DNA from: Paraphysomonas bandaiensis
Lineage: Eukaryota > Protista > Chrysophyceae
DNA: 64,000 nucleotides
Assembly (NCBI GenBank): GCA_965644295.1
Contig: CBFFRP010000324.1
Coordinates: 124,001 to 188,000 of the forward strand
Direction: 5' to 3'
Part shown: positions 51,026 through 61,824 of the stretch, piece by piece
How the letters are laid out: each line of letters begins with the position of its first letter
How positions within the stretch are numbered: position 1 is the first letter of the stretch
Notes under the pieces: generated by a model
What the model was told of the DNA's origin: nothing
The model's input: the letters and a program-made list of their open reading frames with translations, nothing else
Databases searched by the model: none
Made by a program: the position numbers and the translations under genes

Positions 51026-51552
51026 ACCATTGCATGGACAGATATACCATTGCATGGACAGATATACCATTGCATGGACAGATATACCATTGCATGGACA
51101 GATATACCATTGCATGGACAGATACACCATTGCATGGACAGATACACCATTGCATGGACAGATATACCATTGCATGGACAGATATACCATTGCATGGACA
51201 GATATACCATTGCATGGACAGATATACCATTGCATGGACAGATACACCATTGCATGGACAGATACACCATTGCATGGACAGATATACCATTGCATGGACA
51301 GATATACCATTGCATGGACAGATATACCATTGCATGGACAGATATACCATTGCATGGACAGATATACCATTGCATGGACAGATATACCATTGCATGGACA
51401 GATACACCATTGCATGGACAGATACACCATTGCATGGACAGATACACCATTGCATGGACAGATACACCATTGCATGGACAGATACACCATTGCATGGACA
51501 GATACACCATTGCATGGACAGATATACCATTGCATGGACAGATATACCATTG
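51026..51552. repeat. Minisatellite, 26 copies of the 20-bp unit ACCATTGCATGGACAGATAY
   Basis: Direct reading of the sequence; only the last base of each unit (T/C) varies. Confidence 0.99.
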
Positions 51553-51639
51553 TATTGTTTCGGTATAGCTTTGGAACGTTAAGTAAAAATTTCTTGCTCA
51601 TGAGACCCAGCACGCAGTATGTTATCGAATTAAAAAAGA

Positions 51640-52030
51640 ATTAGTGGGCAACAAACATGAAGAAGAAATTGGAGGACAGTACGATGAAGATATGAGCAAC
51701 TGGGTAATCCTTACCCTTGATAGGCTTTCATATATAGGCAGTTTATGTGGAGAAATCAAAGAATCCAAAAAGCTGTTACCCAAGTTTAGAGTCCCATATC
51801 CTAGATTTCAAGAATGTCTTATGTTGGGAAGAATGGTAAACGGGTTCGAAAATTATGACAAAGAAGACTGCACTGGAAACCTCTCGCACCACTCATTGGA
51901 ACCTGCGATATTTGGGGCGAGCTTGGATCTTTGGTGAGCTTGAAGAAGAGGCCATCGTGTAAATATCGGATAAACTATTATGTTTGAGAAGTGGGTCTCA
52001 ATTCCAAGGACACAGGCAGATATCGATTAG
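51640..52030 (+). pseudogene. Decayed PIF/Harbinger-type (Plant_tran-like) transposase N-terminal fragment
   Basis: Frameshifted pieces KFRVPYPRF..DCTG and LRYLGRAWIFGELEE resemble the FRvPyp.F..D.tG..LR.LGRgw.fddlee pattern of Harbinger-family transposases; stops are present. Confidence 0.6.
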
Positions 52031-53112
52031 TACCCATAAATACGTAGAGGCTGGGGTGAATGGAGCCATTAAGTCTATATTCTATATCATCCCTATTAGA
52101 TCTTGAATGAAACGACAGTCATCTTAGTCACAAAGCACATATCGTTGGAATATAATGTGATAGTTTGTAATTGCAGCTAGTGATTTTGTAGTACAGCAAT
52201 TTGGCAATAATTAATGATTAAAGAGATATATTATTCATTATTCAACCTAGTCAATTTGGTTGAATTTCCTGATTAAATGAGGTATCATACTGCAGACTAC
52301 AGCTACTATGGCGTCACAAGTAGGGTTATGATACTGACACAGCAACAAAATTGCTAGTTTCGAATATCGAATACACTAGCCTACTACGTAATACACGTAT
52401 ACTACTTTTCAAGGAAATAAGAATTAAATATTATTGTTATACCATTGTTTCATACAGAACATAGTTGTCACAACGAACTGATCATGTGGGTGCACTTATC
52501 GAAGTATGTTTACATGGCTACATCAATAGAAACTAGAGGGTGTACATCACAAGAATACTCGGTATCACAGTAAGGCCCATATAACAAGCCAATAAAATGG
52601 GAATCCTTGTCGTCGTTCCCTTATTGCTGCAGTATCCAAAGGCACTCCTCCTTTCTTGTCGAAGCTATTCCCACCCTCGTTATGTAACCCTTTCCGTTCA
52701 TCAGCTCATATTCTATTTAATACTTCAGCCACAGAATCTAATTCGTTGTCTCTGTATTGAGATCGCATTAATATATATCAATAAACACATAACTCTCAAT
52801 CATTACTTCCTAAGGGCGAACCCCAGTGCTGTCATATTCATCAATCCAATAGGCTTATGTAGTTCACATTATCTCCCATTAGTATTGGGTCAAAGGAAGG
52901 CGTTGTCCTCAATTACACTCGAGAAAAAACTGATTGCAAAATCGAACACTGATTTGCAACATCAAACACGTTTATATCTATATTTGTCGTCAGTAAGGTA
53001 AAATATAATATCTTTCATCTCTTCAGAAGGAAGAGAGTGGAAGAGCGCGAATGGGATGCAGTGCTAAACCTGTCTCTGCTACAAATTATATACCTGAGGA
53101 CCAACCTTTCTT

Positions 53113-55244
53113 TCAAGCATCGGGTTCTGTCTTTAGTTGAGTAGCTTGGTCACTACTTACAGAATCTTTCTGGATAGATATAGAATTGCTTAATGACTCT
53201 GCATCTAATCGCCTTGCAGACAACTTCGAAAGAGATTCATCAAGGGCTCTCACCGCATCGTCCTTTCCCTGAATTTCTGGCCTTTCAGTAGTCGAACGCA
53301 TACTGATGTCAATCCTTGTGGATGGTAAAAAAGCGTTATGACCAGAGTATTCAGGGGCGGTTTGATATTCTTCTTCATCATGAGAACTACTCCTCCGAAC
53401 GATAGATGTCACTGCACGTATTCCACTATTAATCCCAGAAACAAAAAACTTGGCGAAGTCATCAAATCCCTGGTAAAGAACAGAGGAGGAAGTTGATACG
53501 TCTTGTTGCTCTTCTTCTCGTTGTTGATTCTTTTTTGCTTGCAAAGAAGAGTAATAGTAAACTACGTATGCCACCAGCATTAGCCCACATAGAGAAAGGG
53601 CCAAGGCACCACCAGTGGATAAGCTGTTGCTTGTTTTTTGAACACTTTCAGACCGGATGCGTACACGATTACCCCCCCAATAGACATACACGGCACCATT
53701 CATAAACAGATCTTGATTCGGTGGGCCATCTATCTCCGCGACGGCGTCATCATCACCATTCTCAACCCACTCCGAAGAGGTATCATAAGCACCAACTGCA
53801 ATAGTAGTGTCATCCACCGAAACTGCGTATCCGAACTTATCCCCCGGAATTTCATTCTGCGGGAAAAAGGAAAAAGCTTGCTGCCAATATGTCTTTGTTG
53901 GATCGGCGGAATCATACTCCTCTCCATACACATACACCGAACCTGATCCAGTAGCATTGTAGCTCCCAACAACAGCAATATCCGAGTACACGTCCACGGA
54001 ATAGCCAAAGTGTCCTTTGGTAACAGGGCGCGGAGGGAGGAGTTTTTCCAGAAAATACCAACCCTTGTCATCACCCCTAGAATTGAAATACGCTTTAAGT
54101 TGAGATTAAAATATGGTATCATGGTATACATATACAAAAGACATAACAATTGCTTGTGAACACAAATCAATACGTACCTCTTAAACATATAAGCCACCCC
54201 ACTCTCTAATGCACCATAAGTCGCCATAGGGGCACCTACTACAATGATATCATCGAATATAGAAACTGAGGTTCCAAATCCATCTTCATGCTGACCATCC
54301 CCTGCGAATAACTCCGTGTGAAGCACCCAATTCAATCCATCTGCATAGGAGTCGTCGACTGAGGGAACATACACATACGCCGCCCCAACTTTTGTAATGG
54401 ATGATGTAGGGTTATCACTACCGGACGATCCAATGACAATTCCGTACCCATGAATTGCCACAGAAGTCCCGAACCAGTCATACCTCTGCCCATTGACTGG
54501 GATTAATTTCTGATGATATCCCCAGTAAGCACGGAAGTGCAACCCGTCTTCGTCAAAAATGAAGTATTTGGAGTACATATAAGCTGCACCCGAGTAAGAC
54601 CCCATTGCATCACAGCCCCAACAACCGACGATAGTGGTGTTTCCATATACACCCACTGAAGAGCCAAAGTAGTCCTGTCCAGTGCTATCTTCAGGTATCA
54701 TTTCGAGTACCATTGTCCATTCATTCATATGCTGATCGTGGTCCCCCTCTGGTCCTTCCATAATTCGAATATTTCCACGATATGCATGCGCATGTTGATC
54801 ATTATGCGGCTGGTATTCATACAGGTAAGCAGCCCCGGAATCATCTCCGGCACCATCATGTAGATTGGCGCCAACTACAATGGTGTCCCGATATATAGAT
54901 ACGGCATATCCAAATTGGTCACCTTCTTTACCATGTTCGAGAGAAATTTGTGCAGTCTGCTCCCAATCCACTGCACCCTCAGAGGACCGTTCATAAACAT
55001 AAGCCGCACCGTGGTCTTCATGGTCCCCAATTGCTCCAATCACCATTCTATCCCCCCATATCGACACACTTATACCAAACTTCCCGAATGTATCATGCCC
55101 ATACACTATCTGCTCTGAGGAGTTGGTTCCTTCAAAATCCCATATGTCTCCTCGCATCTTTAACATTCTATCATGCTGAGCTGCAACAGAAGATGAGAGT
55201 AGCGTAACCCCGGCAAGAGAAAAGAACCGCCAAATTGAAAACAT
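53113..55244 (-). CDS. Type I membrane protein with FG-GAP repeat beta-propeller, 2 exons (intron 54077-54177)
   Basis: Signal peptide, about 7 FG.SV....IVVGA..G.AY repeats, TM segment GGALALSLCGLMLVAYVVYYY and a cytoplasmic tail. Confidence 0.88.
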
Positions 55245-55967
55245 GCTGCGTCGCTCTTACTCTAAGCTGACTATCTGACTATAGGGATATACATGCCCGA
55301 ATAATCCAACATAGCCTTTCAAATATCCATGTAAATATCAAATGATTCCCAGTTATATCCAGGTCCATACAGCAGCCGAGGCTCGAGATGTGCTCTTCAT
55401 ATGATAGAATTTTCACTAATTTTTTGTGGATTGAACATAATGATAGAAACCCTCCTCATACAGCAGCAGTGCGTACTGCTGTACCACACACACACATATT
55501 GTGATGTGGACAGTATAGCAGTACATATCGTAAGTATATAGGTATGGGCAATCAGCATCTTATTTTGCGGAAATAAATTGAATCAAAATTCTTCTATATT
55601 ACTGCACTATAATTACGGCTGGAATACACATAATTATTATCTCAATATACGAGGCATCTTGGAACAAAAATATACAAAGGATGCCGATACGTAGTATATA
55701 TGGACGTATATTATTTGTAGCACGATAATACTGGGTGACTACCTAAATTGCACAAACACATAAATGCATAAAAAATCTGGGATTATAGAAATCTGGGTAT
55801 TTATGCAGGGTGTGACTTCCTTAATTGCATAAATACATAAATAATAAAATGGCCATTGCAGATTTCATGCATATTTGAATTTTAAAAATAGTGAAGTCTC
55901 TTGCAGTGATGAGTGAGACATATGGAGTGGATATTTTTAAAATAGTAAAGTAAGGAATTCGTCGAGT

Positions 55968-56835
55968 ATGACAACTTCATCTAGCAGTGGTCGACGGGCA
56001 GGTGTCCCGAACTACAAGAAGGGAATTGTCTTGAATATAGTCAATGACATTCTTCCGTCTTCTAGTCTAGACTGGGTAGCTGTGGCAGAGAGGTCAGATA
56101 GCAGTGCATACACTGAATAGTTATATTTATCAGTTGTACAGATATAAGATTGCTGCCCAAGAGACTGTTGATCGTGAAGGTCCTGATATGAAGAGATACT
56201 TCATACAGAAACTATGCAACAATGGGCGCAAGCCCACTGGAAACAGTGGGACGAATGATACCACTCGTCGTGCCCAAGAGATTTATCAACGTATTCTGTG
56301 CAAGGAAAATGTCGGCATCTATGGAGACGACTCAGACATTGACAGTCCATTGGATTTTGAGGAGGAGTTTCCAGAAATGGGAAATCTCGAAGGACCGGAA
56401 AGCAACTCCGACGACGAGCATAATGACGAAATTGCTGACCAACCAGTAAACAACGAACCAGTTGCCGAGCCTCCACAGAAGAAACGTAGAACCGAAAAGT
56501 CGAAGAACTGCCGAAATGGCATCTCGGCTAGAACTTCCGTCTCGAAAGCAATTAAGACTTGCGTGGACGGGTTGCAAGGTAGCAATAATACAAACGTCTT
56601 ATTATCTTGCATGCAGATGATGCAGCAACAAAATCAGCAGATGATGCAGCAACAAAATCAGCAGATGATGCAGATGATGATGTTCATGATGGGAAATCGT
56701 GGTTCATCACAGAATACTACTCCTGGTACCCCGCTGCAAATGTCCACCACAAGTACACCACAGAGCAGCAACTCATCAGATTCATGTGGGAGTAATCCAT
56801 CAAATTCATTTCAAAATCCTAGTGTAGTATTGTAG
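55968..56835 (+). CDS. Harbinger accessory Myb/SANT-like DNA-binding protein (intron 56093-56141)
   Basis: GRRAGVPNY..ILP..DW.AVAER|YK..KL.N.RKPTG, followed by an acidic region and a Q/M-rich tail, as in ORF1 of Harbinger elements. Confidence 0.8.
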
Positions 56836-56892
56836 ACAGCTAGGGTTGATTACTAATGTGAAAGTAAGCAATGCATAATTAAGAAATATTTA

Positions 56893-58023
56893 TTACATGA
56901 AGTATCTTGCAATGTGGTCGTAACCTTCCACATTTACGTACTCCTCATACAAAGGATTAAATACAGTTGCTATTTGATTAAGTCCTACATGGTGAGTGCG
57001 AAAATTGTGAACCAGCACAATAGCTAGTAATATTTTCCCTCGAATAAATTTGCACGAGGGTAGACGACTCTTCAATCGAGAAAACGTTCCTTGTAGTGCT
57101 CGCATACCCCATTCAGCCGCCTGTCTCAATGATATGCACTTAGCATGCCTTCTTAGTAGAGCATGCCGCAAATTTGGAGCCAGTTTAGCTCTAGCTTTTC
57201 TTGACAAAGGACCTACTAGTTTGTCATAGAGATCACCAGAGCGCGGAAATCCTTGATCAACGCAAAAGGCGTATACACCAATGTCTCTTCTGACCTTCTC
57301 TATAAAAGAAGCTGCCACTTGTGAATCGTGCCATGAACCGGGAAAGTTAAGACAAGCGTATAGAACTATACCTTTAGGCGAAAAGGCTAGTACATTGTTA
57401 GTCATGGTATCGTGATAGTATCCATTGTACATGACGGACTGTTCGTGGTCGTCATCACTGCATTGTACAGGCAGACTCACGCCATCAACGAAACCGATAA
57501 TATTTTTTAAAGTGGGCTCACGTCTCTCTACTAAAGCTGCGAACTCAGACATCTGCTCCCTATCGGGAAATCTTATGCGACTGTGCTCCTCTTTTGCAAG
57601 AATTCTACATACTTCATATAACATAGTCTTTATTACTCTGGATGCGGTTGAAGGAACCACCCCAAACAGTAAACATAGGTGCTTTATACGCATACTAGAA
57701 TTCACATAAAACAGAAATAGGCCAAGTTTACCATCATTGTCAAGGCTACTAGGTCGACCGGATTTGAGGACAACATCTTCAGCAAATAAGATACCCCTCA
57801 ACAACTTAAAAACCGGTCTCGTCATCCCTGTCAGTAGTAGAAAAGATTGATCATCTGCCCCATGCAACACACGAACCCATGGTGCGAAACGAGGAGAAAC
57901 AACTGCCGATCTCGTCAAGTTAGCACGACTTCTACAGCTGTTATACAATAGCAACAAGAGAAGTACGCACAGTAACTTCTGCTTAGATTCATTCCTGTCG
58001 ATTAAGCTACAGTTGGGTAGCAT
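56893..58023 (-). CDS. Harbinger DDE transposase (DDE_Tnp_4-like), 376 aa
   Basis: IGFVDG, YNGY, PGSWHDS, VDQGF, R..AEWGM..L...F.RL and HNF motifs, all uninterrupted. Confidence 0.93.
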   Translation of the reverse strand: MLPNCSLIDRNESKQKLLCVLLLLLLYNSCRSRANLTRSAVVSPRFAPWVRVLHGADDQSFLLLTGMTRPVFKLLRGILFAEDVVLKSGRPSSLDNDGKLGLFLFYVNSSMRIKHLCLLFGVVPSTASRVIKTMLYEVCRILAKEEHSRIRFPDREQMSEFAALVERREPTLKNIIGFVDGVSLPVQCSDDDHEQSVMYNGYYHDTMTNNVLAFSPKGIVLYACLNFPGSWHDSQVAASFIEKVRRDIGVYAFCVDQGFPRSGDLYDKLVGPLSRKARAKLAPNLRHALLRRHAKCISLRQAAEWGMRALQGTFSRLKSRLPSCKFIRGKILLAIVLVHNFRTHHVGLNQIATVFNPLYEEYVNVEGYDHIARYFM

Positions 58024-58356
58024 ATGTCTACTTTATATAGCTTCAGCTCTTTAAATAGTTTATGCATATGTTTATGCATATAGGATAGTTTGTACGAGGG
58101 GTCCGGGGGGGTCTCCTAAAAAAACATAAAATCTGCATAAATTCATGAGTTTATGCAGCCTATTTTATGCAGATTTATGTGTTTGTGCAATTTAGGTAGT
58201 CACCCACTGCTGAATATAAAAAGAGAGATACCATACACTATATTTTTTCAGTTTATGTACATACACCTCTTAAAGATATGGGTTGACGTCGTTTGAATAT
58301 CACGTTTGTTGACCGGTGTTTTTTGGTTACGGATATCTGGATATGTATGTGTATGT

Positions 58357-58376
58357 ACAGCAGTATGTACTGCTGT
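58357..58376. promoter_or_regulatory. Palindromic candidate promoter element ACAGCAGTA-TG-TACTGCTGT
   Basis: Perfect 9-bp arms 80 bp upstream of the ATG at 58456; the same half-site recurs upstream of other genes. Regulatory function is inferred. Confidence 0.45.
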
Positions 58377-58455
58377 GGACACATAGTCAGTAGCCACATA
58401 CATCTATTACATAACTAATTGCACTCCAGCTACACTGCTATAGGTATACTTAACT

Positions 58456-60030
58456 ATGTCAGAATTAGCTGTCCAACAGGAAGCAGCTCAGAATATAGCT
58501 GATAGTCAGCTATCTGATCAGCAGCTGCAACAGTCTGATGAATATAATGCGACTGAAGAGGAGAACACAGCAGGCAAGTTGTTTGTCGGCGGCTTATCCT
58601 GGCAAACCACTGATGATGGGCTCAAGTATTACTTCGAGAAATTTGGAGAGCTTGTTGATGTTGCCCTAATGACGGACAAGCGCACTGGTCAGCCCCGTGG
58701 ATTCGGATTTATCTCATTCAAGGACCCTGCAGGTAACTTTAATTGAGCAGCACTGTAGCGTAGGTTTCAGTACCACACCTCCTTGATAGCACCATATATA
58801 GCCATATAAAGATGATGCTTAATAGATGTATTGTAGCGGTCGATGTAGTCCTAGGGCAGACACATAATATCGATGGTAGAGTAGTGGACGTGAAGCGCGC
58901 TGTCCCACGCGATAAGGCGCCTGCTCCATCAAGGTAGATAGTTGTATTATAGGATTTTAACAGACCTTTTCAGTACTATGAACCAATTTTCATTCCGAAA
59001 GTTAAACGTTCTATATATTTATCCCTATTTTAATTTAAGTTTTAGACAGGAATCTCGAAAGGTTTTTGTTGGAGGACTAGCCCCCGAGGTTGGTGATAAG
59101 GAATTCAACGAATATTTCTCCAAGTTCGGCCCACTTCAAGACTCCATTGTTATGTATGATCGCAAGACAAACCGTTCCAGGGGCTTTGGCTTTGTTACTT
59201 TTGAGAATGAAGACGATGTAAGGAGCGTTTTGCGTTCTGAGCACGAAATCATGGGTAAGTGGGTCGAGTTGAAGCGTGCGGAGCCAAGGGAATCCCGGGG
59301 CTCTGATATGGGTATGGGCGGACGTGGAATGGGTTACGGTCGTGGTGGGGGACGTGGTGGAGGAAGAGGATATGATGACTATGGGTATGGTGGTGGGTAT
59401 ATGGGAGGAATGATGGGCGGCCGTGGAGGTGTTCAAGGAGCAGCTTTTGGATATCGCAACACGGGTGGGGGATATGGTGGGGCTGATCCAACATATGGTG
59501 GTGGACGGGGAGGGTATGGAGGCGGCTACGGGTACCCTGCTACGGGTAGTATGGGCGGATATTACGGTGGTGGATACTCTAATTACGGTGGTCCAGCTGG
59601 TGGAGGGGGTTATTCTGCAGCTGGATCTGGGCGTCCAGATGATATTCCCTATGGTGCATCTAGCTCCGGAGACTACGGCCGGGGCGGTGGATATGGGTCA
59701 TCTGCTAGTTCTGGCTTGCGCTCTGGTGCAAATGGGGATATGGAAGCCTCAGGTAGTGCGGCTGGAGGAAATGGCAGTATGTATAATATGTATGGAGGAT
59801 CTGCAATGAGCGGTGGTTATGCCGCGGGCACCGGGTATGGAGGGGCAAGTATGTACTCCAGCGGTGTAGGTGGAGCATCAGGAACCTCCACGGGAGGGAA
59901 TCGAATGTCAGCTCAGCAGGACAGTACATACGCAAATGGAACAGGGGAAAATAGTGGCGGTTATGGGGGATACAGAGCTCAGGGAGGTGCAGCCCAGGGT
60001 CGTGTCGACCGCAGCTATCGGCCGTATTAA
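58456..60030 (+). CDS. Two-RRM RNA-binding protein (hnRNP A1/Musashi-like) with Gly/Tyr-rich tail and PY-NLS-like end
   Basis: KLFVGGL and RGFGF occur twice, with VDVKRA and VELKRAEP, RGG/GYG repeats and a C-terminal RSYRPY; introns near 58733 and 58934. Confidence 0.93.
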
Positions 60031-60304
60031 ATGCATACATTTACATGAAGTAGTTCATTTGAGTAGAAGCAGTCCCTAGCATGTAGACTATAGCATCACA
60101 GCTATGTAGGAGCCGTTAGTAGTAGCCGCGAGTGTGATTATCCTGTATGTACAACACGCCTACTTTCCCGTTATTTGCTTTGCTTTATACTTTGAACTCC
60201 GCTGATGTAGTGTGCATTGCTGAGTAAAAATAAGCATATGTTGCTGGTTGCAAAAATAATGTTTGAAATAACGCTTCATGAGCAACGCCTTATCCCATAT
60301 TTTG

Positions 60305-60612
60305 AAAGTCTTTTTATTAGCAATAGGCCTCAAGAATCTGCACCAGCTCAGTAGCTAGATGGTCAACCATTAGTAGTGTAAACCGGGGCCTGGTAACCAT
60401 TATTGGTAGTCCGGTCCCCGGCAATAATAATGGCATTAATAAAAAATGTCCCGGCAATTATAATGGCATTACCATTAATGGCCCATAAATACCATTACAA
60501 TAACGGTTGCCAGGCCCTGGTGTAAACGTGTAAACTCTTGTATCCTGTATCCTACTATTTAACGCTAAGAGAACTGCTTGTGCGTCGCCGCAAGCACCAA
60601 GGTGCGACCATT
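60305..60612. repeat. Third, partial copy of the 7590-8340 repeat family, interrupted by a MITE
   Basis: AAAGTCTT..TATTAGCAATAGG..CTGCACCA.CT.AGTAGCTAGATG and TATCCTACTATTTAACGCTA..CCGCAAGCACCAAGGTGCGACCA match 7943-8120. Confidence 0.85.
60384..60519. mobile_element. hAT-type MITE (136 bp), 8-bp TSD GTGTAAAC
   Basis: TIRs CGGGGCCTGGTAACC and GGTTGCCAGGCCCTG (13/15 match); GTGTAAAC at 60376-60383 and 60520-60527; internal TAATGGC repeats. Confidence 0.85.
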
Positions 60613-60806
60613 CTTGCTATATGATTGATGTGTATGTAGTGACGTTGTACAACGTACAGCATGACAAGTGAAATCAGTGATCTAAGTTATCCCCTCGGTC
60701 TAAGATAAGATTGCTTCGTGGTAAAATTAAAAGTAAATGCTTATTTACCAAACCACTTTACAACAACAGTAGTAGTTTTACAGCGAAACTTACAGCTGTT
60801 AGCTAG

Positions 60807-61824
60807 TTATGACGCAGAATTGAATGCAGTTTTAGCGAGGAACGCCGCCCCAATTATACCAGCATCCGATCCCCTGTCAGCAAAAAAGTACACTGTTCAG
60901 AACACCAAATTTTTATATTATGTACTGCTACCATTGTGAAGGCCTAATGTATTCCTCAAGCCCCTCCGGAGTGAGGGCCTCGGATTGAATGTACCCATTC
61001 AATATAGTGTTCAAGTGGGCCTTAGAAATAATATATATTAACCTGCATTATACACTGTCCGGAAACAGTAAACTTACCCTGATTTTTGGGTAAAGAGCTC
61101 TTCGATTCATCACTCCTCCACCAAATCTAATTCTCTCAGGAGATGCGATGAGAATAAGATTCGCACACAGCTGAGCAAGCTGGTACGCACAGGCATCCCA
61201 AATGGGATCAGCATCATCCAGCCCGGATAATATAGAGGCGTCTGTGCAACCTTTGCGTGCTACAAGTGCCCCAGACGCGCACATCCCTTCTACGCATGAG
61301 CCATGATATGGACAATTTCCGGGAAAAGTGTCTCCTTCTTGGCGTGCAACTTGAAGGTGTCCGGCTTCAGGGTGCAATAACCCACGGACAGTTTGATTGT
61401 TCACAACCAGGCCCACACCAATACCTGTACCCACAGTGATATAGGCACAGGAAGATGCATTTCCATCATTGCACATTATGTGCTCCGCCAATGCAGGTGC
61501 ATTGACATCAGTATCAAACAAAAAGGGAACATTGAACTCCCGCACGCCGAGTAGCCCCAACACATCTGTGTCTTTCCATCCAGGCTTCGGGGTGGAGGTG
61601 ATGAACCCATAGCGCGATGAACTCGGATTCGCATCCACTGGTCCAAAGGTTGCAATACCAATGGCATGAAATTCTCTATTCGATAACCAGTCTCTTATTT
61701 CTCGTAGAGTTATTTCAGGGGTCTCTGTGGTGAATCTTTGACGATCGATTATATTCTGAGGTTCATCTTCGGCTATCGCAACTAGCCAACTTGTTCCTCC
61801 GCCCTCTACTGCTGCAAATTTCAT
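60807..61824 (-). CDS. ROK-family fructokinase, 3 exons
   Basis: AAVEGGGT, GIATFGP, TPKPGW, DTDVNAPALAE, YITVGTGIGVG, Zn site HPEAGH..CPYHGSCVEG, GGGVM and AGIIGA. Confidence 0.92.

Larger units (their letters stand above)
55733..58205. mobile_element. Intact two-gene PIF/Harbinger-superfamily transposon (Pangu-like), 3-bp TSD ACT
   Basis: Perfect 33-bp TIRs GGGTGACTACCTAAATTGCACAAACACATAAAT; ACT at 55730-55732 and 58206-58208; convergent Myb-like and DDE ORFs. Confidence 0.95.

Noticed and set aside
51026-51552. CRISPR array
   Set aside because: Units are contiguous with no unique spacers, there are no cas genes, and the context is eukaryotic.
50880-51644. Six ~200-aa repetitive ORFs
   Set aside because: They arise because the 20-bp unit has no stop codon in any frame; there is no evidence of coding.
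53113-55244. True integrin alpha
   Set aside because: No thigh/calf domains and no GFFKR motif.
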